Positions 1 through 9,107 are shown, counted from the first letter of the stretch. The stretch: DNA of 38,729 bases from a candidate division FCPU426 bacterium (GCA_963847625.1 CAWKAR010000061.1:1-38729); one strand, 5' to 3'. Translations and numbers: made by a program. The notes: generated from the letters alone by a model not told the origin.

Positions 1-8
1 TTTAGGCA

Positions 9-335
9 TCAAATATCATCCCTTGTTGTGCCAATTCCCGATTGCTTAAAAAAATTGATAATTCGACGCTTGATGAGGTTCGATTCGACGAAACTTAATA
101 CCCTTCCTAAAAGTCCCGTGGCCTTCCGGTGTGCGTTAAGGAAAACGACGTCGAAGGTGTATTCGAGCCATTGGTTTTTTTCTTCATCGTCGAGGTCGTC
201 ATATTGTCCCCGGATGTTATTGGGGTAAGGGATCGTCTCGATCATTTCAACGTTTAAAAAGTCGTTCATGAAGGTGGCAATCCGCACAACATCATTTTTT
301 TTAGGGCCCATAGGGAAGGACATTGAGTGGCACAT
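9..335 (-). CDS. Hypothetical protein, paralogue of 4971..5261
   Basis: ORF. It aligns by eye with 4971..5261 (RIATFMNDFL/RIAHFLNGYL ... VESNLIKRRIINFFKQSG/VELNLIKRRVMDFLKQSG). Start codon uncertain. Confidence 0.65.
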   Translation of the reverse strand: MCHSMSFPMGPKKNDVVRIATFMNDFLNVEMIETIPYPNNIRGQYDDLDDEEKNQWLEYTFDVVFLNAHRKATGLLGRVLSFVESNLIKRRIINFFKQSGIGTTRDDI

Positions 336-567
336 CTTGCTAGTTATTTTATTAAATGGGGATTGGGGGGGCTACATATAAAGAAGGGTCATTGTGTAGA
401 ATAAATTTCTACACCGCCCGCCCACAAGCCTCTGGGTTGAGGTCTCAAGCCGAAACCCAAGCTTTGAGTGTGTTGGAGCCAATATAAAAAGGTTCCAATG
501 TGGGCGTTGTGTGGTGCGGAAGTCAATTTAACCGGCTCTGCCGGATTTATATTATTGGGACTTCTGC

Positions 568-894
568 TCATTTATTGTTCTCAAGTTGGTCATTTTCAAA
601 CTTTTCCTGGGCTTTATTCGGCAGCAATAGGTGGCAACCCATTAAGAATCGGTTTAGAAGCTCCTCGATGAAGATTTTGTCTTTCTTATCCAAAATGATG
701 TGATTTCCCTTGGTCACAATAGATAGAATTTCTTCGAGCACTTTATCCCGGACATCAAAATCCGAAATCCTCCGGTCAGGGGTCAGCTTTTGCAAGTGGT
801 CAAACCACTTTTCAAAGAGAATGATGCCTTCCCTTTGTAGGATAATCCTCACAAAATTGCTGATGCCCGCGTTCCTGGCCGCCTTGGTACCCAT
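568..894 (-). CDS. Hypothetical protein
   Basis: 108-aa ORF with GAGG RBS upstream, co-oriented downstream of the HEPN gene. Confidence 0.55.
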   Translation of the reverse strand: MGTKAARNAGISNFVRIILQREGIILFEKWFDHLQKLTPDRRISDFDVRDKVLEEILSIVTKGNHIILDKKDKIFIEELLNRFLMGCHLLLPNKAQEKFENDQLENNK

Positions 895-922
895 GCCTTA
901 CCTCTTATCCCTAAAAATAGAA

Positions 923-1258
923 TTATTCGGACAAATATTTTTCCAAGATTGGAATGAGTGGGGGGAATTCACGGAAGACGACGCCCAAAACGACCCCATA
1001 ATCCACACTCAAATAATCGTGAACAATCTTATGGCGCGTTCCAATTATCTTTTCCCAAGGAATATCAGGATGGGCGGTTTGATAGGCGGTGCTGACATGG
1101 CGGGCGGCTTCACCGAAAGTTTGAACGTGATAGGCCAGGACAATGCAAAAATCCTCGTCCAATTCGCATTCAGTTTGTTTCCGGCCTTGGATTTTCAGGA
1201 CGGCCTTTTTGGCCGTATCGAGCATGTGACCGATATAAACCCGGTCATCCCTCTGCAT
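923..1258 (-). CDS. hepT: HepT-like (DUF86/HEPN) RNase toxin
   Basis: RX4HXY motif RHKIVHDY and the IPW..I.G.R signature. Start MQRDD overlaps the MNT gene. Confidence 0.88.
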   Translation of the reverse strand: MQRDDRVYIGHMLDTAKKAVLKIQGRKQTECELDEDFCIVLAYHVQTFGEAARHVSTAYQTAHPDIPWEKIIGTRHKIVHDYLSVDYGVVLGVVFREFPPLIPILEKYLSE

Positions 1259-1544
1259 ATTGGACTTCCGCCGAATTGAGCACGCGGTCACGAAGGCGCT
1301 GGTTGAGGTATTTCTCCGTAATCAAATCCACCTCATGGCCAAACACACCGGATAATTCTTTTTCGATGTCAAAAACCTCAAAACCAACGACTTTGCCAGG
1401 CTGATACTGCACCAGGACGTCCACGTCGCTGTCAGGGCCAAAATCATCGCGTAAAATCGATCCAAAAAGGGAGAGTTTTTGAATATGGTGTCTTCGGCAG
1501 ATTTCAGCGATTTTTCCTTTATCAATTTTTATAGCTGTTTTCAT
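1245..1544 (-). CDS. mntA: MntA-like minimal nucleotidyltransferase antitoxin
   Basis: LFGSILRDDFGPDSDVDVLV (GSX10DXD) and VDL motif. Paired with the HEPN gene. Confidence 0.9.
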   Translation of the reverse strand: MKTAIKIDKGKIAEICRRHHIQKLSLFGSILRDDFGPDSDVDVLVQYQPGKVVGFEVFDIEKELSGVFGHEVDLITEKYLNQRLRDRVLNSAEVQYAEG

Positions 1545-1795
1545 TTCAATGACCCCTGGCCGTCTCCTCGACAACTATAAGCATTTTATGCTTATTCAAC
1601 TGGGGCGACAAGTGCTTGGAATTACAGCCCCTAATCATTGTGGGGCCAAGACGGAGAGACCCGGTAACCGAAGCCCTGAGTAAACCAAAGCGCATCGAAT
1701 GGGCTTCGTAACGGGAGACCGTCCTGAAACCCACAGCCACCGAGGTTTTTAATCGATCTCCGGTGTGCTAAAGTAGTCCGATAAGGAGATTTTCC

Positions 1796-2023
1796 ATGTC
1801 CAAAGTGGCTGTTCAACTCGACAAAAAACAAGTCGAATCCGCCTTCCGCCAGCTGGAGTCGAAGGAAAAATGGCGTTTGGCCCAGGAGGTTGTGACGGAG
1901 CGTTTCCTCGAAACGGTTCGGGAACTCCGGGCCATGGTCAAACGCAAGGGCTGGTCCCCCAAGCACATCCAACAGATGATCGAGGAATCCCGTGAAGAGT
2001 TCCACTCCAAGCGTCATCATTGA
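1796..2023 (+). CDS. Small putative antitoxin preceding a PIN gene
   Basis: 75 aa with AGGAG RBS. Overlaps the start of a PIN-domain fragment. Confidence 0.65.
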   Translation: MSKVAVQLDKKQVESAFRQLESKEKWRLAQEVVTERFLETVRELRAMVKRKGWSPKHIQQMIEESREEFHSKRHH

Positions 2024-2171
2024 TACCAATGTCTTCGTCAGCATGGCCCTGGGCGGCCGGGTTTCCTCCGAAATCCTCCGACAATTCACCCAAAACCGTT
2101 TCAGGCTCCTTTATTCCCCTTATCTCCTCCAAGAGTTGGAATACGTCCTTTCCCGGAAACAATACATCTGA
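1992..2171 (+). pseudogene. Truncated PIN-domain (VapC-like) toxin, 59 aa
   Basis: Manual translation: MKSSTPSVIIDTNVFVSMALGG...YSPYLLQELEYVLSRKQYI*. It has the DTNV and E motifs but lacks the C-terminal acidic residues. Confidence 0.75.
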
Positions 2172-2181
2172 TTTTCAACAC

Positions 2182-2210
2182 TTGATATCACCGCTGATAC
2201 AAGCTAATAT
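2182..2210 (+). promoter_or_regulatory. Putative sigma70 promoter convergent on DUF3800 gene
   Basis: TTGATA, 17-bp spacer, TAATAT. Confidence 0.5.
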
Positions 2211-2215
2211 TAATT

Positions 2216-2256
2216 CATGGCTGGGAACTGCGTAGCGGGTCCTGGCCTATTTTTTT
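2216..2256 (+). ncRNA. Putative DUF3800-associated small hairpin RNA
   Basis: GGCTGGGA-ACTGC GTA GCGGG-TCCTGGCC hairpin followed by a T-tract, just after the promoter and abutting the DUF3800 stop codon. Confidence 0.5.
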
Positions 2257-2987
2257 GGCAAAACCACAAGTCCGACACCATCATAAGTTCCCTCAGCGCT
2301 CCGCCGAAATTTCCGTTCAATAACCTCGAAACTCGGATAAATACTCCTCTTTCCTAATATAAACCTACCCACAGGGGAAACAACCTGGTCTGCGATTTGC
2401 AGACCTGAGATATTCTCGTTTTTGTGCCGACTAAGGATGCTAATAATCCGATTCTCTATGGTTTTTGCTTTCAGGAAAGTTGTTCCCTTGATTTTCAAAT
2501 TGAGCCAAGCCAAATCCAATTCGTGGTCCAAAGTCGGCCCCCTTTTTTCGGCCACCACTATTCCACCGTCGCTTTGATCACCGATCTCAAAGCAAAACCT
2601 TTCCACCAAGATATCCAGGCTCATCATGTACGGGTCCAGCGCCGCGACACCGTAACGTGTCAAAAGCTCATCTTTCCGAACGGCGCAGGCAACGACCTTG
2701 AAATTTAACTCCCCCAACAACTTTTCCAATTCCCGGTAAAACCGAGTTCGAAAATCGACATCTTTAATCCCCTCAAAACCGTTCCGGTTCCGGGTAATAT
2801 CGGCGGTGTGAAGAATGATGTCTTCCATTCCAAAAATATCCCTTTTGAACCGATTCAACTTTTCCGTCATCTCCCCCTCGGCGTATTCCTGGTCGGTGAT
2901 GATACCGCCCAGGACGAACAACGGATATTGGGGATCAATCACTGAAAGATTATGGTCACCCGATTCGTCCAAGAACATGATTTTCAT
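2247..2987 (-). CDS. DUF3800 family protein
   Basis: N-terminal MFLDESG, FVLGG and LHT.DI, and C-terminal GLQIAD. Confidence 0.88.
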   Translation of the reverse strand: MKIMFLDESGDHNLSVIDPQYPLFVLGGIITDQEYAEGEMTEKLNRFKRDIFGMEDIILHTADITRNRNGFEGIKDVDFRTRFYRELEKLLGELNFKVVACAVRKDELLTRYGVAALDPYMMSLDILVERFCFEIGDQSDGGIVVAEKRGPTLDHELDLAWLNLKIKGTTFLKAKTIENRIISILSRHKNENISGLQIADQVVSPVGRFILGKRSIYPSFEVIERKFRRSAEGTYDGVGLVVLPKK

Positions 2988-3638
2988 TTACTTGCCTTTT
3001 CTTCTTCCCCCGAAGCCCAACGGATACCAATCCTTCTTTGTGGGCTTCAAAGGTTTCAACCATTTTGCGACGGGTGAACCTGGTTGCGTTGCTTGCAACC
3101 GAAATCTGTGAATAGAGCGTGGATTCAGCCTTAGTATACGGCTTACTTCTTTTAAGCTCCGCCCCCGCTTAAAAAGCCACAAGATGAAATGAAGACGCAC
3201 AACTTTTCGAGGAAAACCCATCAGCCAAAGATTTACTAATCCTTCGTTTTCAAATTTCTTTAGTGGAGGTTTGGTGAAGGCGCGGAAGTAAAATTCAAAG
3301 ACTTTTTGTGAAAAAGATTTTTTACCACTCAACGAACAAATCTTGAACCAGAGCTTTCTTAGCTTAATAGTTGAAGGACTATTCGCCTTCTCCCTGAATT
3401 GAAAAATGAGCGTGTTCCTGTGTAATCCGAGGGTTTTAGAAAGCCTGCTGGCATTTCCGTTTTCGTAGGCCAGCCAAGTCATCAAAAAATGGTTCTCCAA
3501 GTCACTGGGAAATAAGCCTCTTTTCCAAAGGGAGCCCAATACTTTTAGGCCCAGTATGTGGTTGCATTTAGAATTTGCGGTTTTAAGGATCTGTGGATCT
3601 GTTGGAGTAAATTTAGGCGTGTAGTAAATATATTTAGT
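2988..3638 (-). CDS. Protein with two HTH motifs (one Fis-like); 5' end interrupted by IS4
   Basis: GNASRLSKTLGLHRNTL and SLKEVSRILRLNPRSIHR. Removing the IS restores ATG AAA ACT AAA TAT (MKTKYIYY) from 4974. Confidence 0.7.
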   Translation of the reverse strand, partial: TKYIYYTPKFTPTDPQILKTANSKCNHILGLKVLGSLWKRGLFPSDLENHFLMTWLAYENGNASRLSKTLGLHRNTLIFQFREKANSPSTIKLRKLWFKICSLSGKKSFSQKVFEFYFRAFTKPPLKKFENEGLVNLWLMGFPRKVVRLHFILWLFKRGRSLKEVSRILRLNPRSIHRFRLQATQPGSPVAKWLKPLKPTKKDWYPLGFGGRRKGK

Positions 3639-4959
3639 CACTAGTGTCCGGTTAAGGAACTGACAGAAGCTCTGAAACCTTTTCCCCTCAATGTTTTTAG
3701 GCCCCAATCGTCCTTTTTCGATTTCAATTTGAAACCTCCTATAACCGTCCTTTACTCCCCGTAAAGGATGGTTTCCATGAACCCAGGCCGTACCGTTTTC
3801 GCCCAGTTAATGGATTTCTTACCCCGTCATGAATTCCAAAAATGTGTCAATCGCTATCACGGTAACTTCCGAGTCCGAAGTTTCTCCTGCTTGGATCAAT
3901 TCCTCTGTATGGCTTTCGCACAACTAACCTACAGGGAAAGCCTCCGAGACATCCAGGCTTGCTTGGGTTCCTTCAAAGCCAAGCTTTATCACATGGGCAT
4001 CCGTGGAAAAATCGCAAGAACCACTCTCGCGGACGCCAACCAAAACCGAGACTGGCGCATTTTTTCGGACTTCGCCCAAGTTCTCATTCATATAGCCCAA
4101 CCCCTTTACGCCGGGGATGATTTTGGCGTCGAATTAAACCAAACAGCCTATGCCTTTGATTCCACCACCATCGATCTTTGCATGTCTCTCTTTCCATGGG
4201 CCGGCTTTCGGTCTACCAAGTCCGGTATCAAACTCCACACCCTTCTTTCACTTCGGGGAAACATTCCCATTTTCGTCTGTATTTCCAATGCTTCCACGCA
4301 TGACGTCCGACTACTCGATGTTCTCCCCATCGAAGCAGGTTCTTTTTATATCATGGATCGTGGCTATACCGACTTCGCCCGCCTTTTACGCTTCACCGAA
4401 AGTCTGGCTTTCTTTGTCATACGGGCCAAGTCCAATTTCAACTTTTACCGTCGCTATTCAAATCCCGTGGACAAGTCCTCAGGCCTCCGTTTCGATCAGA
4501 CCGTAGTCTTGGCCGACCCAAATAAGTTCCGAGAATATCCACTCCCTCTGCGCCGAATCGGCTTCATCGATCCCATCACTTCCAAATATCTGGTTTTCCT
4601 CACCAACAATTTCTCTCTTCCTGCCTTGACCATTGCTCAGCTTTACAAATCCAGATGGCAGGTGGAGCTTTTCTTCAAGTGGATCAAGCAACACCTTCGT
4701 ATCAAGACCTTCTTCGGCAACTCTCCCAACGCCGTCAAAACCCAAATTTGGACGGCCATTTGCGTTTATGTTCTGGTTGCCATCGTCAAGAAAAAACTCG
4801 GGTTCTCCCAGAGCCCCTACACAATTCTACAGATTTTGAGCATCTCGCTTTTTGAGAAAGCCCATATATTAGAAGTGTTTTCAGACGAAGCTTACATCTC
4901 TGAATCCTTCACCCCCGAAAACCAGTTGTCTTTATTACGTTTTTAACCGGACACTAGTG
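3639..4959 (+). mobile_element. IS4-family insertion sequence, 1321 bp
   Basis: Perfect 17-bp TIRs CACTAGTGTCCGGTTAA (3639-3655 and 4943-4959). 9-bp TSD ATATTTAGT at 3630-3638 and 4960-4968. Confidence 0.96.
3768..4946 (+). CDS. IS4-family DDE transposase (DUF4372 N-terminus)
   Basis: DSTTID, MDRGY, and the YKSRWQVELFFKWIKQHL (YREK) motif. Confidence 0.96.
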   Translation: MVSMNPGRTVFAQLMDFLPRHEFQKCVNRYHGNFRVRSFSCLDQFLCMAFAQLTYRESLRDIQACLGSFKAKLYHMGIRGKIARTTLADANQNRDWRIFSDFAQVLIHIAQPLYAGDDFGVELNQTAYAFDSTTIDLCMSLFPWAGFRSTKSGIKLHTLLSLRGNIPIFVCISNASTHDVRLLDVLPIEAGSFYIMDRGYTDFARLLRFTESLAFFVIRAKSNFNFYRRYSNPVDKSSGLRFDQTVVLADPNKFREYPLPLRRIGFIDPITSKYLVFLTNNFSLPALTIAQLYKSRWQVELFFKWIKQHLRIKTFFGNSPNAVKTQIWTAICVYVLVAIVKKKLGFSQSPYTILQILSISLFEKAHILEVFSDEAYISESFTPENQLSLLRF

Positions 4960-4970
4960 ATATTTAGTTT

Positions 4971-5261
4971 TCATTTTTTGTACTTCATTCCCGATTGTTT
5001 AAGAAAATCCATTACACGGCGCTTTATTAGGTTTAGTTCCACGACTCTAAGTTCCCTTTTCATTTCATCGGCAATGTACATTGCCGACTCTTTAAAAATA
5101 TCATGAAATACGAATTCGAATAGCTCATCCTGTTCCTCGGTGGTCATTTCCTTGTAATTTTTAGCGAGGTTTATTGGAATAACAATGGCGTCAAGAAGAT
5201 CATTACCAAGGTAGCCATTCAAGAAATGGGCGATCCGCTCCGGAGCGGATATTTCAGACAT
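4971..5261 (-). CDS. Hypothetical protein, paralogue of 9..335
   Basis: Aligns with 9..335. Its stop overlaps (ATGA) the original start of the HTH gene. Confidence 0.65.
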   Translation of the reverse strand: MSEISAPERIAHFLNGYLGNDLLDAIVIPINLAKNYKEMTTEEQDELFEFVFHDIFKESAMYIADEMKRELRVVELNLIKRRVMDFLKQSGMKYKK

Positions 5262-5419
5262 TATTTTAATCCCTGGATGAAAAACCTGCGTCCCGTTTCG
5301 AGGTCACAAGCCGAGAAACTAGCTGGGCTGTGTCAACAGCCAGAAGCTGTTGACGTAAGTCGGATGTCTTTTTCTTACCCGAATTGTAAGGTACAGGTAT
5401 CTCTGACATTGGTACTCTT

Positions 5420-5824
5420 TTATTTATTGGGCACACTGGAAAGGCCAATTTGTGGTGTAAAAAGTGTTACAAATATGAACCCCAAGGTAAACCCTAAAAT
5501 CATAATAATTATTACCTCTGTCCACTTATTCACCCAACCTCTTTTGTACAAATAAACCGAAATAGCGTATAAAATCGGTGGAATTGCAATTAAAGCCCAG
5601 AGGTGATTCAACCATTGCAAGTTCTCATTTACGAAAAACAAAAACTTGAGGTTTGGAGAAAACCCTTTGCCATTTCCAAAACCTTCATAAACTTCCTTAA
5701 AAGGTTTGACGACACTTGCCAAAATAAAAATTTCAATTAATACCCACAAAAAAATAACGTGTAAATAAACTAATCTGGCGTTAAAAGAAATCCACTTAAA
5801 CATATTAATAATACTCCATGCCAT
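5420..5824 (-). CDS. Membrane protein, about 3 TM segments
   Basis: Three hydrophobic stretches. Confidence 0.6.
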   Translation of the reverse strand: MAWSIINMFKWISFNARLVYLHVIFLWVLIEIFILASVVKPFKEVYEGFGNGKGFSPNLKFLFFVNENLQWLNHLWALIAIPPILYAISVYLYKRGWVNKWTEVIIIMILGFTLGFIFVTLFTPQIGLSSVPNK

Positions 5825-6036
5825 CGGCCCTCGTAGCCGTCCTCACTCAAGTGGACGAAGCTAAGTGTCGAAATCAAATGGGCCAAAGGCCATTTGATAA
5901 ATGGATTTTGACCAAGCCTAAAAAAAGAATTTTGCCTGGTTGGATATTTTATTAAAGGGTTGTTGGAGGGTCTATAGAAGCCCTTACCTTATGGATAGAC
6001 TCCAGAGGCATTAAGAGGGCAGAGCTTTAAACGGCT

Positions 6037-7044
6037 TTAATAGGTTGTATAGGTATATACAACCGACACCGGTTGGTTGGAGAGGGGGGCCGCTACTGCG
6101 GAAGTGACCACCGAATCCATCGGTGCCAAGGCGCATTCGGCGCAGGAATTACAGGTCGAAGAAGTTACGCCAATCGTCACCAAGTTAGGATTCTCACAAA
6201 CGTAGTTGATGGTCAAGATCGTGTTGTTGCATGGCTGTGTCACAGCCGCGATCACCAGCATTTGGGTGCTGAAATCCACCGGGGGCGTGGCCGGGGTGGC
6301 CGTAGGAGTTACATATATCATCGAACCAGAAGTGTTGTTGATGAAGTTGTCCCATTCCGTCATGTTGTGAATAACGTTAACCCCGGCATCGGTCAAACCA
6401 TAATTTCCCAATGATATGGAAACAGGCGAAACACCGCAGCCAGGGAGTGGCGTGGGTGTGATAGTCGGCGTGTCGGGCAGAATCGTCACAGGAATTGTCG
6501 GAACGATAGTTATAACCGTGACGGGAATCGTTGGTACAAATGTAGTGGGAGGAACGTTAATCCAAGTCGGCGTAATTGTAGGGGTGGCGGCCACGGGTGG
6601 AACCGGACTCATCGTAATGGGAATTGACGGTACGGCTGTCACGACCGTAATTGGAATCGTCGCTACGATAGTCGGGGGAGGAACGGTAATCCCAGTCGGG
6701 GTGATCGTAGGGGTGGCTATTACGGGTGGAACGGGGCTCATCGTGATGGGTATCGACGGCACAGCTGTTATGACCGTAATTGGAATCGTCGCGACGAAAG
6801 TTGGGGGTGGAACTGTAATCCCAGTCGGGGTGATTGTAGGGGTGGCGGCCACAGGTGGAACCGGACTCATCGTGATGGGAATTGACGGTACGGCTGTTAG
6901 ATCTGTAACGGGACCCGCATTAGGGGCAATCGTTGATGTGGGAGTAGGTGCCGTAGAGGGACTGAGGGGAACAGTTCTCTCACAGGCCAAGCTCGTAACC
7001 AACAAAACCAGAAATAATGAAAAGACGTATCGTTTCATCGGCAA
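6037..7044 (-). CDS. Lipoprotein with Pro/Thr-rich 43-aa repeats and a PrcB-C-like C-terminal domain
   Basis: Lipobox SLAC. About 3 repeats of TAVPSIPITMSPVPP.... C-terminal EW...PPVDFSTQMLV pattern. Confidence 0.75.
   Translation of the reverse strand: MPMKRYVFSLFLVLLVTSLACERTVPLSPSTAPTPTSTIAPNAGPVTDLTAVPSIPITMSPVPPVAATPTITPTGITVPPPTFVATIPITVITAVPSIPITMSPVPPVIATPTITPTGITVPPPTIVATIPITVVTAVPSIPITMSPVPPVAATPTITPTWINVPPTTFVPTIPVTVITIVPTIPVTILPDTPTITPTPLPGCGVSPVSISLGNYGLTDAGVNVIHNMTEWDNFINNTSGSMIYVTPTATPATPPVDFSTQMLVIAAVTQPCNNTILTINYVCENPNLVTIGVTSSTCNSCAECALAPMDSVVTSAVAAPLSNQPVSVVYTYTTY
6520..6900. repeat. Intragenic tandem repeat, 129-bp unit x ~3
   Basis: GGGAATTGACGGTACGGCTGT recurs 258 bp apart, with a diverged copy between. 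Confidence 0.8.
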
Positions 7045-7150
7045 CTTCTGTCGGAATATTTATCTTTTAATTATACCGCTTCCTTTCATCTTCAACCACC
7101 CCCAAGGATTACTTAATTAAAGGGTCAATGAAGAGGCTACATAATAAGGA

Positions 7151-7261
7151 CGTTGGACCGCCTGGCGACCGCCCTGGGCCACGTCGAGGATACATGCCCG
7201 GATCTCCCCGGCCCGTTTTGCGCGTCCAAGAAGCTCCTACAAGCTGGTCACCCTTGTGGCC
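7151..7261 (+). repeat. GC-rich dispersed repeat, copy 1
   Basis: 7151-7191 matches 8582-8622 at 39/41. The 3' part resembles 29688-29771. Confidence 0.7.
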
Positions 7262-7328
7262 ACGGCCACGAGGTTAAAAGAAAGGCCAACGGCGGGGTTA
7301 TCTCTGTTTTGACCCGAGTTATATCTGT

Positions 7329-7985
7329 TTAGTTCCCGGCCTTGCCGGGGGTTAGGATTTCGAGCCTTGAATTTATAATTTTCATCTCCGTGGCCATGGG
7401 CTTAAGGATGCCCCGGGAGTCGACTAGGTCCTTGCGGACCAGGAGGAGCTTGCCGATGAGGGCCCGGTCCTGGCTGAAACTCGCCACCGCCCGGTCAATG
7501 AGGGTAATAGTTTCCAGGCGGCAGGCTTCCTCACGGCGTAGCAACATGGGAAGGCTCAAGTCCTCCGCGCCAGGCCAAAAGGGCAATTCCAGGATGAGGG
7601 GCGCGGCCGACCTTGAGGACAACTCTTCCCATAGAATGCGGAAGTGTCGCCGGGCCAGGGCCAACAGGGGCCGGACGACCCCCGTGGCATTCACGCTTCC
7701 ACTCATATCCACAGCTCCGGTCAGAAGGACCATTCGGCGGTGGGAAAGCTCTAAAACCTGGAAGGGGAGTGAGGCCCGTTTCAAGAAATTACGGCTGTAT
7801 TTCGCCTTATTCGATAAAAATTTCTCGATTTCTCGAGTTTTTTGGGCGCACTGATCCAGAACCTCTTGGTTGACCTGACCGCTCCGAGGGCTGGTCCGAA
7901 AGGCATTAGAAGCCAACTTCTCTAAACCCTGTTTCATGTGCTGAAGATCACGGTTGATTTGTGATAGAGAAATATAGAATTCCAT
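7329..7985 (-). CDS. Hypothetical helical protein
   Basis: 218-aa ORF with AAGGAG RBS. Confidence 0.6.
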   Translation of the reverse strand: MEFYISLSQINRDLQHMKQGLEKLASNAFRTSPRSGQVNQEVLDQCAQKTREIEKFLSNKAKYSRNFLKRASLPFQVLELSHRRMVLLTGAVDMSGSVNATGVVRPLLALARRHFRILWEELSSRSAAPLILELPFWPGAEDLSLPMLLRREEACRLETITLIDRAVASFSQDRALIGKLLLVRKDLVDSRGILKPMATEMKIINSRLEILTPGKAGN

Positions 7986-8068
7986 AAGATAACTCCTTCA
8001 AGTTTGGACGCCAGGGAACTAGGGAAGGTGTCGATACGCAAGTTCTTACCTTAATAATGTTAAGAATA

Positions 8069-8320
8069 TCATTTTGTTTGGATGAGTTTTTCTACGACCT
8101 CGGTAGCCTTCTCTACGGATGTCATATTAAAAAGCTGGTCTGGGTCAATTACGATATTGAATTCAGTCTCTAACTTTGCCAAAAACTCAAGCGCCCGCAT
8201 GGAATCGTACTTAGCCATATCCGGAAAAGGTTTTGTATCCTGAATATCCTTCGGCTGAAGGTCGAACATTCCCGCAATAATGTTCTTTATTTTTGACTTA
8301 ATTTCCGTCGTTTCTTCCAT
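8069..8320 (-). CDS. Acyl carrier protein
   Basis: 83 aa, acidic, with DSM phosphopantetheine site and the LETEFNIVI...SV pattern. Confidence 0.85.
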   Translation of the reverse strand: MEETTEIKSKIKNIIAGMFDLQPKDIQDTKPFPDMAKYDSMRALEFLAKLETEFNIVIDPDQLFNMTSVEKATEVVEKLIQTK

Positions 8321-8513
8321 GATTTATTTTCTCCGAGTCATTCATAACCGCCCTGAACAATTTCTCATAATTATCGACTTTTATTTTGTCTGGTTTGGTG
8401 AGTGAATAGAAATAAATCAATTCGTTAATAAAGAAAAGGTTCTTCGGTTCATTATGATGGGATTGAAGAAGCTGTTGTTCTTTTTCTTCAATTGAAATTT
8501 CAGAAATGTCCAT
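8298..8513 (-). CDS. Hypothetical protein overlapping the ACP start
   Basis: AAGGAG RBS before MDISEIS. Confidence 0.45.
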   Translation of the reverse strand: MDISEISIEEKEQQLLQSHHNEPKNLFFINELIYFYSLTKPDKIKVDNYEKLFRAVMNDSEKINHGRNDGN

Positions 8514-8581
8514 AAAAAGCTCCTTTTCACCGGCTGGCGGCCATGCCTGCACGTTCGAGGAATAAGGCCCTGCAGACCGGG

Positions 8582-8640
8582 CGGTGGACCGCCTGGCGGC
8601 CGCCCTGGGCCACGTCGAGGATCCCCTTCCGGATAGGCCC
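8582..8640 (+). repeat. GC-rich dispersed repeat, copy 2
   Basis: 39/41 identity to 7151-7191. Confidence 0.7.
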
Positions 8641-9107
8641 TATTTTTCAGGGATGAACGAATTTTTAACTTCCATGCAATTTTTGTTTATATCCTGACGG
8701 AATCCAGTAAGGTAAAAACGCAAGCCAAAGGAAATAACCATCAACAAACAACCAAAGATAATTTGTTGTTTCCAATTTTTGGATACAAGCGGGTTGTCCT
8801 TGTAAAAAGAAAGAGTTTTAAGGCTTCCCAAAACAAGAACGACGGAAATAAAACCCAGCATAAAAGGCAAATTCCAAAGGAAGCCATCATTAAAATAATG
8901 GGCAGGTTTATTGCCAACCATAACCATAATAGCCCCGCAAAAATACCCTAAGACTAAACCGATGGAGATGCTCCTGAAAGACAACCAAGGGTGGATTGCG
9001 GCACTCAAAAAATTAAGTACAAAATAAAGAAACTTACCAACCGGGTTATTTTTCAAAAAATCCTCAAACCACCCGTTTGAGGGACGATAGTTTTTAGGTA
9101 GTTTCAT
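8640..9107 (-). CDS. Membrane protein
   Basis: 3-4 hydrophobic segments. Overlaps the stop of the upstream gene. Confidence 0.6.
   Translation of the reverse strand: MKLPKNYRPSNGWFEDFLKNNPVGKFLYFVLNFLSAAIHPWLSFRSISIGLVLGYFCGAIMVMVGNKPAHYFNDGFLWNLPFMLGFISVVLVLGSLKTLSFYKDNPLVSKNWKQQIIFGCLLMVISFGLRFYLTGFRQDINKNCMEVKNSFIPEK

Noticed and set aside
710..1279. 189-aa plus-strand ORF
   Set aside because: Antisense to the HEPN toxin and its neighbour, with no motifs.
5829..5882. Possible extra att half-site (TC-ACTCAAGTGGACGA) or hammerhead ribozyme
   Set aside because: Only GTGGAC matches the site and there is no left arm. No CTGANGA core is present. More likely a REP-like hairpin.
6416..7120. 234-aa Gly/Val/Ile-rich plus-strand ORF
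   Set aside because: Antisense shadow of the Pro/Thr repeat lipoprotein, which has the lipobox and a recognisable domain.
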